A stretch of DNA of 63,000 nucleotides, the filler included, from Perkinsus chesapeaki ATCC PRA-425 (Eukaryota; Protista; Perkinsozoa): the NCBI GenBank assembly GCA_013115145.1. It is 4 parts of 4 records of this genome, joined end to end, with 100 filler letters (N's around TTAATTAATTAA, not from the genome) between each part and the next. Parts side by side here need not be neighbours in the genome. Positions count along the whole stretch, not along the records: positions 26,515 to 40,073 come from JAAPAO010000780.1; positions 40,174 to 59,079 come from JAAPAO010000650.1; 2 more parts are not named here. The stretch is one strand, 5' to 3'. Both the position numbers and the translations under genes were made by a program. Positions 36,901 to 48,186 of this stretch are shown here, one piece after another. The stretch's first letter is position 1. Every line of letters starts with the position of its first letter. A model generated the notes under the pieces. The model was not told the origin of the DNA. It saw nothing but the letters and a program-made list of their open reading frames with translations, and did no database searches.

Positions 36901-39861
36901 TATTCCCGAAATTCGGGTGACCTCCTGAGAGGGAGAGAGAAGAATGGAAAAAATCAATAAAAAAATTCTGAAATAAAATTGGACAAGATGAACCTTTCCT
37001 TACCTCTTCATAAGGCTTGCATTTCACGCCAGCTTCAGCCATTGCATTTTTAGCATCATCACTGAAGCGTGCAGAGTTAACAAATAACACAGTGGCTTCG
37101 GGTAGGATAACAAGATACGACATGAACAGAGGGTTATACCTGACAGCAACAATGCGACCATCTTTGATCCAAAATAGTCCTTCACTTTTACGCAATGCAA
37201 AATTCTACACTTTGCCCTCTCCTTTTATATTTTTTACCCGCCGCTGAATTTTTATTCTCAATTTTTTAAATGGCAAAACTTTAGATAATTTTTCCCGGAA
37301 AATTTACCGAAAAAGAACAGATAAAAACACTTCGAACAATGATTGGTTGAATCCGATGAAGATTGCATTCCATGACGATGTTATTTCATGATTCGAGTAG
37401 ACTGTATATCTGTTTACCTCTCACACACAATTAATTACTCACTCGGATGAATTTGTAGACGAAAACTGTCGCTGTTGAAACGGCTGGAAGATTCCTCAGC
37501 ACCATCACGTGCTGTCGGATTGTATAGCTTTTTCTGCCTAACGGCGTGCTATTCCGTCACGTCACTCTGCCAGTGACACGTCTACATCTGCAAGCCACTA
37601 AGGTTATCGTATATTTGTTCATATACTAGTTTGGTGGTTATTGTGTTCTTTAGTCTATACTCATAAGAAGACTAAACAATGATTGATCGATTACTATTCG
37701 CTATTACCCTCATTCTCGCGCGCCACGAAATATTCAGATATGACCCAGTTATTCGTGCATCACAAACTGTAAATATTCTACGGAAGATTACGAATTACGG
37801 AATTTCAGCGAAGAATCTCAAGTCCCAGAAATATCTTGGGAAAGAAAAATTTTCCCAGAAGTTGCAACTACAGCGATTGATGATGACCTACTCGATATCA
37901 GTTCCTCTGAGGTTCGTTGTCCAAGCAATGACATCGAGGGAGCTCGCCAACATAGAGCCACAATTCTGCTTTTTCATCGCCTCGCGAGCTCTCTCTAACT
38001 TAGAAGAAGTGCTTTCACCGGTATACTTCTCCTCAAGGAAGAATACCTGAAAGTTAACCTATTCGTATCTTGCATGGATCAAGTTAAGATATGTTTAGCT
38101 GATTTAAGAACGCATCTCGTAAATATCTCTAACCCTTATGAATCTCGTGCGCATTACGTTGATAGACTTGATAAAAACATAACTATTCCATAACATAACA
38201 TATTTTCTCTAACCAATTCAACCTACTCCGTATCTTGCACCCTTCAACCTAAGATACCCCATCATTACAGGATCATTTCCCGGCTTTGGCCTAGGATATT
38301 CCTTATCTTCATTCCAAATATTATCAACCAAGTTGTCCGCTTCCATGGCCATCTTTAAGCCGCTCTTCATATAATCCAAATATGCCGCGACAGATGTCAC
38401 CGCAGGATCAACGCCGATGGCAACATCCTTTGCATTTTCTGATAGAAAAACCGCATTTCACTTAACATGACCCTACGAATGCTCATCCTGTAAAGTGTAA
38501 TGATCCTTTTCATTTCCGACATCAGAAACAGGGTCTCGTTATTAAACAAGGATAACAAAATCTTAACTTTCGAAGTATCTTAGAAACTCCTCACCACGAC
38601 GCGTCCAGATGCGAAAGGCCATCACTTCTACTCAATGCCATACGACTTAACAAAGCCGTATAGATTCCTGATAACCACCATTCGATCAATTTGTGGCGGT
38701 ATTGCAGTAGACAGGTTATAGACTATAAATAAGATTATTAATCCAGATAAATGATACCTTATTTTTATCTTCTACAAGTTAAACATTAACCTATTTCGTA
38801 TCTTCTACAAGTTAACCTATTTCGTATTTTCTACAAGTTAACCTATTTAGTATATTCCACAAGTTGACCTATTTCGTATCTTCTACAAGTTAACCTATTT
38901 CGTATCTTCTACAAGTTAACCCATTTCGTATATTCCACAAGTTAACCTATTTCGTATCTTCTACAAGTTAACCTATTTCGTATCTTTTACAAGTTAACCT
39001 ATTTCGTATCTTCCCCAAGTTAACCTATTTCGTATCTTCTACAAGTTAACCTATTTCGTATCTTCCCCAAGTTAACCTATTTCGTATACTCCACAAGGCA
39101 ACTTATTTTGAATCTTCCATATTCCCGAAACACACGTTTTTACCAGAATATTCGGACCTCCACAGCCCCGATGATTCCCCGAAAACACCGTATATGTAGA
39201 AGTCACGCTTCAACCTAAGATACCCTCATTAATATTACTAATCAACCAATCCTTGACTGTCGGCGTATTCGGCTCTCGATCCTTCATCAAAGTCCATTCC
39301 TTTCCAAATTGATTTTGAGCTTGTAAAAAATATCTTCCATCGGTCCACAAAAGCGCCTCGTTCGGAGTCACGACACAAGTTCCAGCGGATCCATCAAACC
39401 CGGACAAATACGCAACTCGCTCGTCACAGGCAGCGATATACCTGAATATCTTAGCTTCAAGAGTGCATTATCATTTGCTATAGTACTAGAACGAAATTCC
39501 TGTATTACAAATTGATTTTTTTGTACGATTTTCCTGCTCCCCAGGTGGATTATATGCATGTAGTCGAGGAATGAGAAATTCAACAAAATTTTGAAAATTT
39601 CGGGCAAATTCAGCCAGATTTTAATTTTTTTTTGAAATTTCAGAATCCTTCGAGGGAATTTCGGGAAATTTTCAGAGGTTTATTTTTTGTACTAGAAACC
39701 GCTAAGTGTAGAGCTGAGGAAGGGTAACGCTGCTAGCCCTACTCAGATTGATGAGCATCATCGTGGCGAACGATATAAGCACCAAGCTGCTTTTCGTTCA
39801 TAACTTGACGAAATTTAGCAAGTCTTGTGGAAAGGGTGTCGACTGGAACAACTCTGGACAT
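33907..39861 (-). CDS. Xaa-Pro aminopeptidase (aminopeptidase P, M24B, XPNPEP1-like), 13 exons
   Basis: Spliced motifs [101 protein letters not shown]...[14 protein letters not shown]. Exons about 39861-39743, 39441-39224, 38438-38269, 38046-37892, 37139-37004, 36854-36637, 36452-36331, 36275-36191, 35646-35417, 35205-35140, 35096-34989, ~34645-34473, ~34038-33907. Confidence 0.95.
35809..36184. repeat. intronic minisatellite, 36-bp unit, ~10 copies
   Basis: Unit about CTTTACGCACTACAAAGATTCTGAACCCAAGAGTAT; period 36 (CCAAGAGTAT at 35831 and 35867); lies within the intron 35647..36190. Confidence 0.95.
37606..37678. repeat. dispersed 73-nt repeat, copy 1 (intronic)
   Basis: Matches 59180..59252 at 71 of 73 positions by eye. 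Confidence 0.92.
38786..39096. repeat. intronic minisatellite, 26-bp unit, ~12 copies
   Basis: Unit about AAGTTAACCTATTTCGTATCTTCTAC; lies within intron 2 of the aminopeptidase P gene. Confidence 0.95.
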
Positions 39862-39907
39862 TACTGATAGAGGAGACGCTACAAGACAAGTGAGCGAACG
39901 GGAAAGC

Positions 39908-40073
39908 ATTAACTAATAATAAATACACGCTTTAATGGTATAGTAAGAATTAACTAATAATAAATACACGCTTTAATGGTATAGTAAGAATTAACTAATA
40001 ATAAATACACGCTTTAATGGTATAGTAAGAATTAACTAATAATAAATACACGCTTTAATGGTATAGTAAGAAT
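39908..40073. repeat. AT-rich tandem repeat, 41-bp unit, at least 4 copies, truncated by the contig end
   Basis: ATTAACTAATAATAAATACACGCTTTAATGGTATAGTAAGA units begin at 39908, 39949, 39990 and 40031. Confidence 0.95.
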
Positions 40074-40173
40074 NNNNNNNNNNNNNNNNNNNNNNNNNNN
40101 NNNNNNNNNNNNNNNNNTTAATTAATTAANNNNNNNNNNNNNNNNNNNNNNNNNNNNNNNNNNNNNNNNNNNN
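40074..40173. other. artificial assembly spacer
   Basis: 44 N + TTAATTAATTAA + 44 N. Confidence 0.97.
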
Positions 40174-41772
40174 AAATAAAGGCGCAGCAAAATACTACAG
40201 CGCTCGCCTTAGGTGATTACGAAGTATACTGTATGCAGTACCACATCCGGAAGTTCAGCGTCTGGAACTCCTAACTGTGTTCTGCAGGGAGATATTGCAG
40301 CCATAATGAGTGGTGTAGTCCTTCGTATGCTACCCCCGGACACTTTTACTGGTTTACCCTCACTAACACACGACAATCCTTTGACCGATGATGCCAGAGT
40401 AAGGCAGGTTCCACCTGTGCTCTTGATGCCTTTGTTGGTAGAAACGTTACTACATCCTAGTAGATGGAAACCTCGTTGGGACTGCCGAGCTGGGAAACGA
40501 TCAAGTAGGCTCATAGCCTGGACATTGGAGGCCTTCTCGTGGTAGAGCGTAAATGAGCTGAGACTGCCTCTCATGCGTTGCCCCGAAACTGCTACATTGG
40601 TTCGACAATTAAGCTCCTTAGAGCTGGCCGATTACGAAGGACGGAACACTGTGGTGGGCACAGTGTTGATATAATGCAGCCCGTCTACTATTCACTCCCT
40701 CTGTCAGCGACTTGGAACTCGGGCTCAGGCATTGCAGCCGTATCTTACTCTAGCAGTGTCGGACAGAAACGATTCTAGGTCTACCTATTTGGTCGAAAAG
40801 ACAGTGCCTTCGGAGGGGTATGGTATCGTCTCTTACCTCTTGAGTACTTTCCTAGGCTACTGTCTGTTACTATCGGTCGCTCCCCGTCCAGCGACATAGT
40901 CTTTGTGGATCGATGTGTTAGTAGACATCACGCTGTATTACGGTGGCGCCGAGAGGAGGGTACTGGAGCAATGCTAGCTCCCACTGTGTAGGAACACTGT
41001 ATGATAAAATCAATACCTCGTTATCTGGTCAGCACGTCCCTAAGTACGTCCTCGGCAACGTGGGTGCAGATTCCAGCGCTTGCCGAACTGCCTTTAAAGG
41101 TAGGAATGCAGTTGAGACTGGGCAGCGAGTCCACGGAGTGTCGAGTCATTCGGGCGGACTCTGGTGAGTTTCCCATCTACCTGAAAAAGAGGATCTCTGG
41201 GATTGTTTTTCCGTGTCAGGATGCCTCGAGTTCCACATGCCTGCTGATACCGTTCTCGAAACGCCGGACAACTCGTGCCTACCTACTGAGATGGTATACG
41301 GCGAGTCTGTGACTAAGATCAGGTATGGCGCTTCCTTGGTAGGATGTCTCTCTGTGCGTGAATTGTTTTATTATGCAATGACTAGCGAGCAGCTGAAGAG
41401 TATCTGTTCGCGTTCCTCGGTCGGGCGGAATAGTTTTATCGGGGAATTGACATAATGCACGCCACCCGGGCCAGTAGGTGCGAGAAAAAATGGAAATCTT
41501 TGGAAAGCTTCTCGAGCTTCCGTCTTCAATTGATAGTAATGTGTGTGGACGCGTTTCACCGTTGTTGCTAGGTATGCTAGAAGGGGGTTGAATAATTTAA
41601 CAATTGGTCGCAGCCGGAGTAATGCTCTTGTTGTCCACGCTGATCGAGGTGTATCGAGCTTTCACTGCCAAATAAGTACTACAGCTCATGGCTCCAGGGA
41701 CGGTAAGGGCACGGGTGGAGATTAGTCTAGCGATTACCTTAGTCAGACTTTCCTTTAGCGTTAAAATATAAC

Positions 41773-41852
41773 GACAGTTTGGCCGAGTGGTCTAAGGCGC
41801 TGGCATAAGGCGCCAGTCCGAAAGGGCGTGGGTTCGAACCCCACAGCTGTCA
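41773..41852 (+). tRNA. trnL-AAG: tRNA-Leu, anticodon AAG
   Basis: Acceptor GACAGTT/AGCTGTC-A, D arm TGGCCGAGTGGTCTAAGGC, anticodon stem CTGGC/GCCAG with loop AT-AAG-GC, long variable arm, T arm GTGGG-TTCGAAC-CCCAC. Confidence 0.95.
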
Positions 41853-41854
41853 CC

Positions 41855-41859
41855 TTTTT
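41855..41859 (+). terminator. Pol III terminator (T5)
   Basis: TTTTT two bases after the tRNA discriminator; a second T5 follows. Confidence 0.75.
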
Positions 41860-42708
41860 GTGTTTTTGGTCCTTTCGATGTCGGTTTCTGTCAACATGCT
41901 CTTCAGCTTGTTGTCTGCTGTATTAATGTGTCTCGATATACGGTCTGCTTCATCGATGGGATTTCTAGCTCGTTCGCGCAATCATGTGTACGCGTGCCTT
42001 TCGATCGGACGCGATTGCGGCGACGGATCCCAAATTTCAAGTCCCGAGCTTCTCAAATTTCAGAGTACAATATTTCTCATACTACTGTGGCTTCTACCGT
42101 TGCGACATCTTCTTGCCTTGCAGGTACTCGCGACTTGTCTAATGAATGGTACTTGACCGATCTTGGAGGAACAGGGACAGCTGTAGCTTAGCTGGGCTCA
42201 ACATCCACCCCCAATGTTTTCACGACACACACCCCTTCCAGATATGCCTGCCCCCTGGCGTCGATGCAGAGCATCCGTTATTCAACAATGACGTATTGTT
42301 TGTCGGTAACAAATCAATTAAAGTGCAGCTGAGTTATCATCCATGATAAATTGACTGAGCACGTTTGAGTGTGATTTCCCTAAACCCCAATGTTGTGTCC
42401 CTCTCCAAAAGTACCATTTGTAATTGCCGAGCATATAACGAATCACTTACGCATCGACGCTCAAGGGTACGTATCTCTGATCCTAGGATTCGCAGGTACA
42501 GAGAATGGGTTGACCTGGTTACGGTATAGCTCTTCTATTATATCCGACGCGCAGTAGTAAGCGCGACTGTCGACAGGGCTCTTATCGTGTGGGTGTCCCT
42601 ACGGGATATTTTCCCCGTTGGTTTTCGGGATTTTGCGCTGTGCCTCGTTATGCCTATGAAAGTAGAGTGTGAAGCACTGTACGACATGGAGACTGGAAGG
42701 GGCGAGAA

Positions 42709-42778
42709 GGACGCACTGGGATTTGAACTTGAGCGATATGCTCCATAGTCAGATGCTCTCCCAACTGAGCTACGCTAT
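42709..42778 (-). pseudogene. degenerate tRNA-like sequence (tRNA pseudogene or SINE head)
   Basis: Minus strand TAGCTCAGTTGGGAGAGCATCTGACT (intact A-box/D arm) ... GTTCAAATCCCAG (B-box) TGCGTCC; anticodon and acceptor stems no longer pair. Confidence 0.65.
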
Positions 42779-42864
42779 ATCAATCTAATGCTCCCGGTAT
42801 TGTAAAAAGCCAGCGCTGTAGTGATTAAGTGGTTTCAACGCTGACAGCCTAGGATTATATCCTG

Positions 42865-44209
42865 ATGAAGAAGGCGCATCTGCATTCGTCGTACGATACA
42901 CTGCAGTTATTGAGAATGACACTATCTGATATCCGCTCCAATCAACTGTACAGCGCCCACCTAGAGGAAAGATACGCGGTATTCGGACATGCTTTAAATA
43001 GGAGATTTCTGCTAACAGGCTTTTGGTATTTTCGCCACAGAGCTCCTGTCATCATCAGCTACCCTAACTCCCAGAGAGAAGAACCGGTCGAGGGTTCTGG
43101 CGAAGTCAAATGAAGAAAAGGCCCTTAAATGGGCTAGAAAACGGAAAAGTATGGTAGAGGCGGCACGAGCGAAAAATGCGGCAAAGTTAACCGGTAGAAA
43201 TTGACGGCGAGTGCCTTTAAATCATCTTGAAGCCACAATAGTTTCATTCTGGCTAGGAGTCCTTACCGAGGAGCATACTTTCCAGCCTGATGTATTGAGC
43301 TCTCGGTCATCGCTGCGGTCGCGGTCTAGAGCAGCAAGTAGCCCTGCGAGTGGCAAGGTAGTAGTTATGGGATCAAGAGTGGGTGTAATAGAGACTCCTG
43401 CTCCCATGGCAGCGTTGATTATCGTTTCTTGTCTTCTCATATAAGAAATTATCTTATTTTCCCCAGCTCACATATAAGCATGATACGCCACAGTCCTCGG
43501 GAAAGGGAGCAGCTGACAGTGAATCTCGCAAGGGCAGCGGAGGCATCGTTATACCGCAGCAGCGGCGAGGGAGAGAGGTAGTGGGGAGGTTCATGATGGT
43601 GGAGTAACCGAATAGCTAGGTTGAAGCGTTACAATATGAAGTCGAATCTTTGAGGTTAGCGCTGGGAGAAGCTCTAGTTAAGGCTAAGAAATGGAAATGT
43701 CGCTGCAAAAAGGTTCATCTACACAGTGACTGCTCAGAGTAGTGTGGGTGTCTCCAGGCATCCGAGGCATTGGCTCAGGCAGAGTCCGTAATTTGGCAGC
43801 AAAGGCGGGAGGTAGGGGACCTTCTATTCAGTTCTAGGAACAGATTAGTCATCAGCTCTCGGATCTACGAAGGCCTTATAGAGGATCAATGTTGGAGGAA
43901 GAAACTGTTCCAGAGGATATCGCTGTAGCTGTCTCCCGTTTGGGGCCGTTAGTCTCTTTTCTTGGTAGGGCAGATTGTGCGATCGTCAGGCGGATAGCTC
44001 GGAGGAATGTAAGCTGGCTTCAGGATCTCCATTATTGCTCTGGTATGTCAGCGGATAAAGCCTCTATGGCTAGCGAGCTGACGGCGAGCTTTGGAGAGAG
44101 AGGCAGATCGGTGCCGCAACCGGTGGATCGTTCTCGGTCTCCATCACCGGATGAGTTGCAGAGGATGGTCTACCAGCTTGGTCACATGCTGCGACATGAT
44201 GGGCGTTGA
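42865..44209 (+). CDS. multi-exon hypothetical protein with coiled-coil-like segments
   Basis: ATG 42865 (MKKAHLHSSYDTLQLL...), GT-AG-bounded exons (VLAKSNEEKALKWARKRK; EALQYEVESLRLALGEAL), last exon ending at 44209. Confidence 0.5.
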
Positions 44210-44367
44210 TTAGTACTCTTTCCTCCAGCTCGTAGCTTGATTGTGTTTTAGTATGTTGGGTGTGAGGGTCCTTCTATTATTGTTATATTTATTCAGCCAG
44301 TGTAATCTCTTTGGTAACTCTAACAAGCTACACTTCTTAATCTTCTACTGCTACTTTGCATTCAATC

Positions 44368-45830
44368 ATGCTCAACGATGCCCAGCGAGCAGCTCCAATG
44401 GCGGGGGCAGCGGCAATGTGCTCTCCGTCGTCATCATCATTATCATCTTTACAACAGACAGCCTCGGCGTCATCATCATCATCAACGCTGGCCGTGCCTC
44501 AGAACCCAATGGGAGGAGGCGCCGAGTCCATGCCGATGAAGAGCACTTTGACAGTGGTAATGTTTCTATATAGTATTCATGTACTTTATGCGTATACTGT
44601 ATGGTACTAATTGCCCATCCAGATCGGTTAGGCAAGCTCGAAAGGCCTTTATAATCGAACGAATTTGAACCTGCCTGCACATTTGTATTACTAACTGCTT
44701 CACTAGGACAACAAAATATGTCAATCTGATTCGTATAACAACCTCCTGTGCATTATACTGGTTCACAATCCTGTAGCGTATATGAATACACTATTTAAGA
44801 TAGGGTGTACTTTATTACGTAGGTGCCCGAGGACTTGCCAGCCATTAAATACCGTCACACAATGGTGCTTATCTCTAGAGGAATATACAGTCGTAAAATA
44901 GAAGAAATGGTTTGTAACAGCCATGAGGCAATGGAAGTAGCCCATAGCCGAGCAGCAGGGCAGGAGGACGAAGAAGACGATGAAAGCCCTAAAAATGAGC
45001 ATAGCGCCGCGACAACGGAAGGGTCGAACAACTCCAATAGCCCTAGTAGTGTTGCTGCTACGGACGGCACGGTACCTGGCACGACCGCTGCCTCAGCTGC
45101 CACAACGACCACGGCCACTAGCTCGCCTGATGCTGAATGTCGTTGCCGAAGGAGAAAGACTAGAAAGGAATTTAAAAAGTAGAAGCGTTTGAGTGATAAA
45201 ACAGTAACCAGTGGTACTTTTGTTAGGTGTTATTGCTCTTTAAGTCGATCGTTATCAGCTTACTCGCTACAACAACAACAGCAGTCTTCGTCATTGATGC
45301 AAAGACAAGGCACTGGGCCATGGCCTTATAACCCATCTATCAGCTCTAGTGGTTTAGCCAGTCCCAGCTGTGCTGGTTTAGCTCGATCAGTGACCAGTGA
45401 GAGCGGACTCAGTCTGCAGGACAGGGCGACAACTTCACTGGACCTACGAAGAGGATGCTCGGGATCGATGGCTGTTATTAGTAGGATCGCATTTGAATCG
45501 GTAGTATGGTGCATGGGTGGAGCTAAGATTCCTGGAACATAATGCACAGTATAACCTGCGGTATTTATATCACCGGTTCCCCTTTTATAGGCCCCTATAA
45601 TATAGGGGGTCGTCGATGTATTAGTAATCAGTACTGCATTTCAGTAGCAGCTTCATTTCCTAGTATAGATGTTTTTAGAGTCAGTGGAAATTGTTACGTG
45701 AGAGTGAGCCTTGAACTTTTTTCGAAACCAATCTGAATTATTCTAGTCGACCGGCTTCCCATTTCTACGCTTGCTAATTCAAGCCCCCCTGTGGTCTTAA
45801 ACATCATTTGCAGGCCACAGCATGCTCCGA
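44368..45830 (+). CDS. low-complexity Ser/Thr/Ala/Gln-rich hypothetical protein
   Basis: Exon-like frames 44368-44556, 44823-45182 and ~45240-45480; 3' end approximate. Confidence 0.45.
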
Positions 45831-46132
45831 GGATGTTATACAATAAGACGAGGAACGTCAATTACTAATGCTTGAGGGGAGGGGTCGAGTCAAATAATAC
45901 AGTGTGCGCAATCTAGGCCCCCGACAAAGCATATAGATTGAATATTTTTGTTTAGACACTCTTCTCGTGGTGTTTTATTATTCCTTCACTCTATAGCTCT
46001 TTTTATAAGAGAAGGTGTTGGATCAGGGAATGTAGATATAAGTTGTCGAAATCATAAAACTTCTGTATATACCAGAACTGCATGTGAATTTTAATGATAA
46101 ATCAATGTAATGCATATTTACCATAACGATGT

Positions 46133-46492
46133 TTAGGTTTCCCATAAATACTCATCTACCATACCAAAGCTTACCAGCTTCTCAGCAGCTATCAACACAT
46201 GCCTTATATTCGTATTAGCCGGGGACTTACCGCCTTCGGGAACAGCTCCGTGGACGCCCTCTGCCAGTCTGCTCAATCGAAGAGCGTCTGGGCGAACACC
46301 AGGCTCATCAGCGTCGTCGCATTCATCCTCACAAGTTGATTCTGATGTGTCTCGGGAAAGCTCCGCGTCGTCGGGTGTGAATCTAGGCATTTGTCGAGTG
46401 AGCGCGGTAGAGGGCGTTGAATGCGGCTGTTTCCCGCTCTTTGGTGGACATAAGAAGCGTTCTGGAGGGGCAAACAGGAATAGCTCGGACAA
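46133..46492 (-). CDS. small hypothetical protein (acidic)
   Basis: 119-aa open frame with plausible composition; start uncertain. Confidence 0.35.
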   Translation of the reverse strand: MSELFLFAPPERFLCPPKSGKQPHSTPSTALTRQMPRFTPDDAELSRDTSESTCEDECDDADEPGVRPDALRLSRLAEGVHGAVPEGGKSPANTNIRHVLIAAEKLVSFGMVDEYLWET

Positions 46493-46657
46493 TCAGCATA
46501 GAAGGTCTGGCAGCGAAGTCGAAGTGCAGGATGATGAACGCATAGTAAGCTTGTTGCTTGGGGCCGGCTAGATGTTTTGAACAGTGGAATCAATTCTTTC
46601 GAGAGATTTGAGATTCTTCCGTGACTTACAAACGTGCATTTCATACGTTGAAGAGGT

Positions 46658-47095
46658 ATGGCAATCTGCGAAGAATCAATGCAAGGTTCGATCGAGGGAA
46701 GCCAACATATCTCATCTTTTCAGGAGGACGATTTGAGGATGCTGGAGCTGCGCCTTCGGCAATGGCAGAGGCAAAGGCAGCACCTTGATGAGGATTCAAA
46801 GCCATTGGCTGTGCTACTGGTCATCAGCGACTTTGATAGGAAAATGGATATTGATAGGAGAGAGCATATCTTCACTAAGGACGAGAAGCAAGATCTGAAG
46901 AACAGGCATACATTACTGTCCGCATCGGTCGACTCTCTGTGGGACAAATGGGGCCCTCGAGGAGAGAACATTCTGGACGATAAAGTTACCACCTCTTGGG
47001 ACGGCGATAAGCTTCATTCGGTGATCACCGACTTATCAACGAGGCTTGCTCATGCTTATACGACGACTGCTCGACTGCCCGAAGATGCTACATAG
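46658..47095 (+). CDS. hypothetical protein (145 aa, or first exon of a longer gene)
   Basis: ATG-initiated frame with helical, charged composition. Confidence 0.5.
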   Translation: MAICEESMQGSIEGSQHISSFQEDDLRMLELRLRQWQRQRQHLDEDSKPLAVLLVISDFDRKMDIDRREHIFTKDEKQDLKNRHTLLSASVDSLWDKWGPRGENILDDKVTTSWDGDKLHSVITDLSTRLAHAYTTTARLPEDAT

Positions 47096-48186
47096 TTCGA
47101 GTGGTAGTTCCTTCTAGCATCACCATCACAGTAAAGGCCCCTTGAGTGTCACTCCCACCTTTGCTGTCGGTGATCATGGCTATTCCCTTTGCTATTCTTT
47201 ACACTATTTCTCACAACCACCACCACCACCGTAGACACGATTTTATGTTAGTGTACGTCGGTCTTGCAGCTGTCTTATCATCGCCGTTATCCGGATAGGA
47301 TGCCTCCTCCTCCTGCTGTCTTAGCCTCCACGGGCGGAATACTGGTTGTTCTCTATAACACTGTGTTTATCTATGTATTCCCCTTCCGGATGCTTGGCGG
47401 AAGAGAGCTACTATGGTTATGATGATGACGCTATAGTTGCTGATCGCTTATTCGTCCGAAGTATTGGGTACATTGCTTGTTCCTATGCTCGTTGTGGCAT
47501 TGGAAAAATGGTCCTATTGTCCTATTGTCAGCAACAACAACATAATCATCATCATCCTTCACGGTAAAACCTGCTGAAAGTTATTTTATCGAGTTGAGAT
47601 CTCCTCACCATTGCTTAGTCTCCTGGTGTCGAGCCCATCTCTGTTTCTCGTGCCTGTACTACCATTGCAGTATATACCTTATCTGTTGAGCTCTCAGTAG
47701 CGTGCCCTTGCCCCACCGACCCCGCTTAGTGCAACGTTTTGTACTTCGCCCCTGCGGCCTACTTGGTCGCAAATGTTCAATGTTGTGAGTCGTTTCACCA
47801 CGCTCTCTCGGTGCCGTTTAGTAAGCGTAGAGCTGAATGCCTTATTTGTGTGGTAGAGTTGCTGCCGCTCAACATGTGTTTGTTGTTTCTTTCGTTTCAA
47901 TTCTGTGTAATATTGTTTGATGTGCTTCCACTACCGTTTGCAATTTCCTGTGCTTGGATCCTCCAGTGGGTGCTCGTCGCCCACTAGGAGGCATCCTATT
48001 CACGGAACTTGTAGGTGTGCAACAACATCAACATCGTACCTTGTCTCATTTGTCGGCTTCAGCAACGGTTTGGGTTGAACAAGTCACATGCAGTTCAATC
48101 GGGATTACTCGTAGAACTGATCTTATCATGGTCCCTGCCATCTAAGACCCAAAGTAGCCGTTGGGTTTCATATCTTCCTTTTTGTA

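Noticed and set aside
35809-40073. Tandem 26-, 36- and 41-bp repeats as possible CRISPR arrays
   Set aside because: Units are head-to-tail with no unique spacers, there are no cas genes, and the context is eukaryotic and mostly intronic.
28326-43212. 12-nt word AATTGACGGCGA shared by 28326 and 43199
   Set aside because: Many 12-mer coincidences are expected by chance in 63 kb, and the flanks do not extend.
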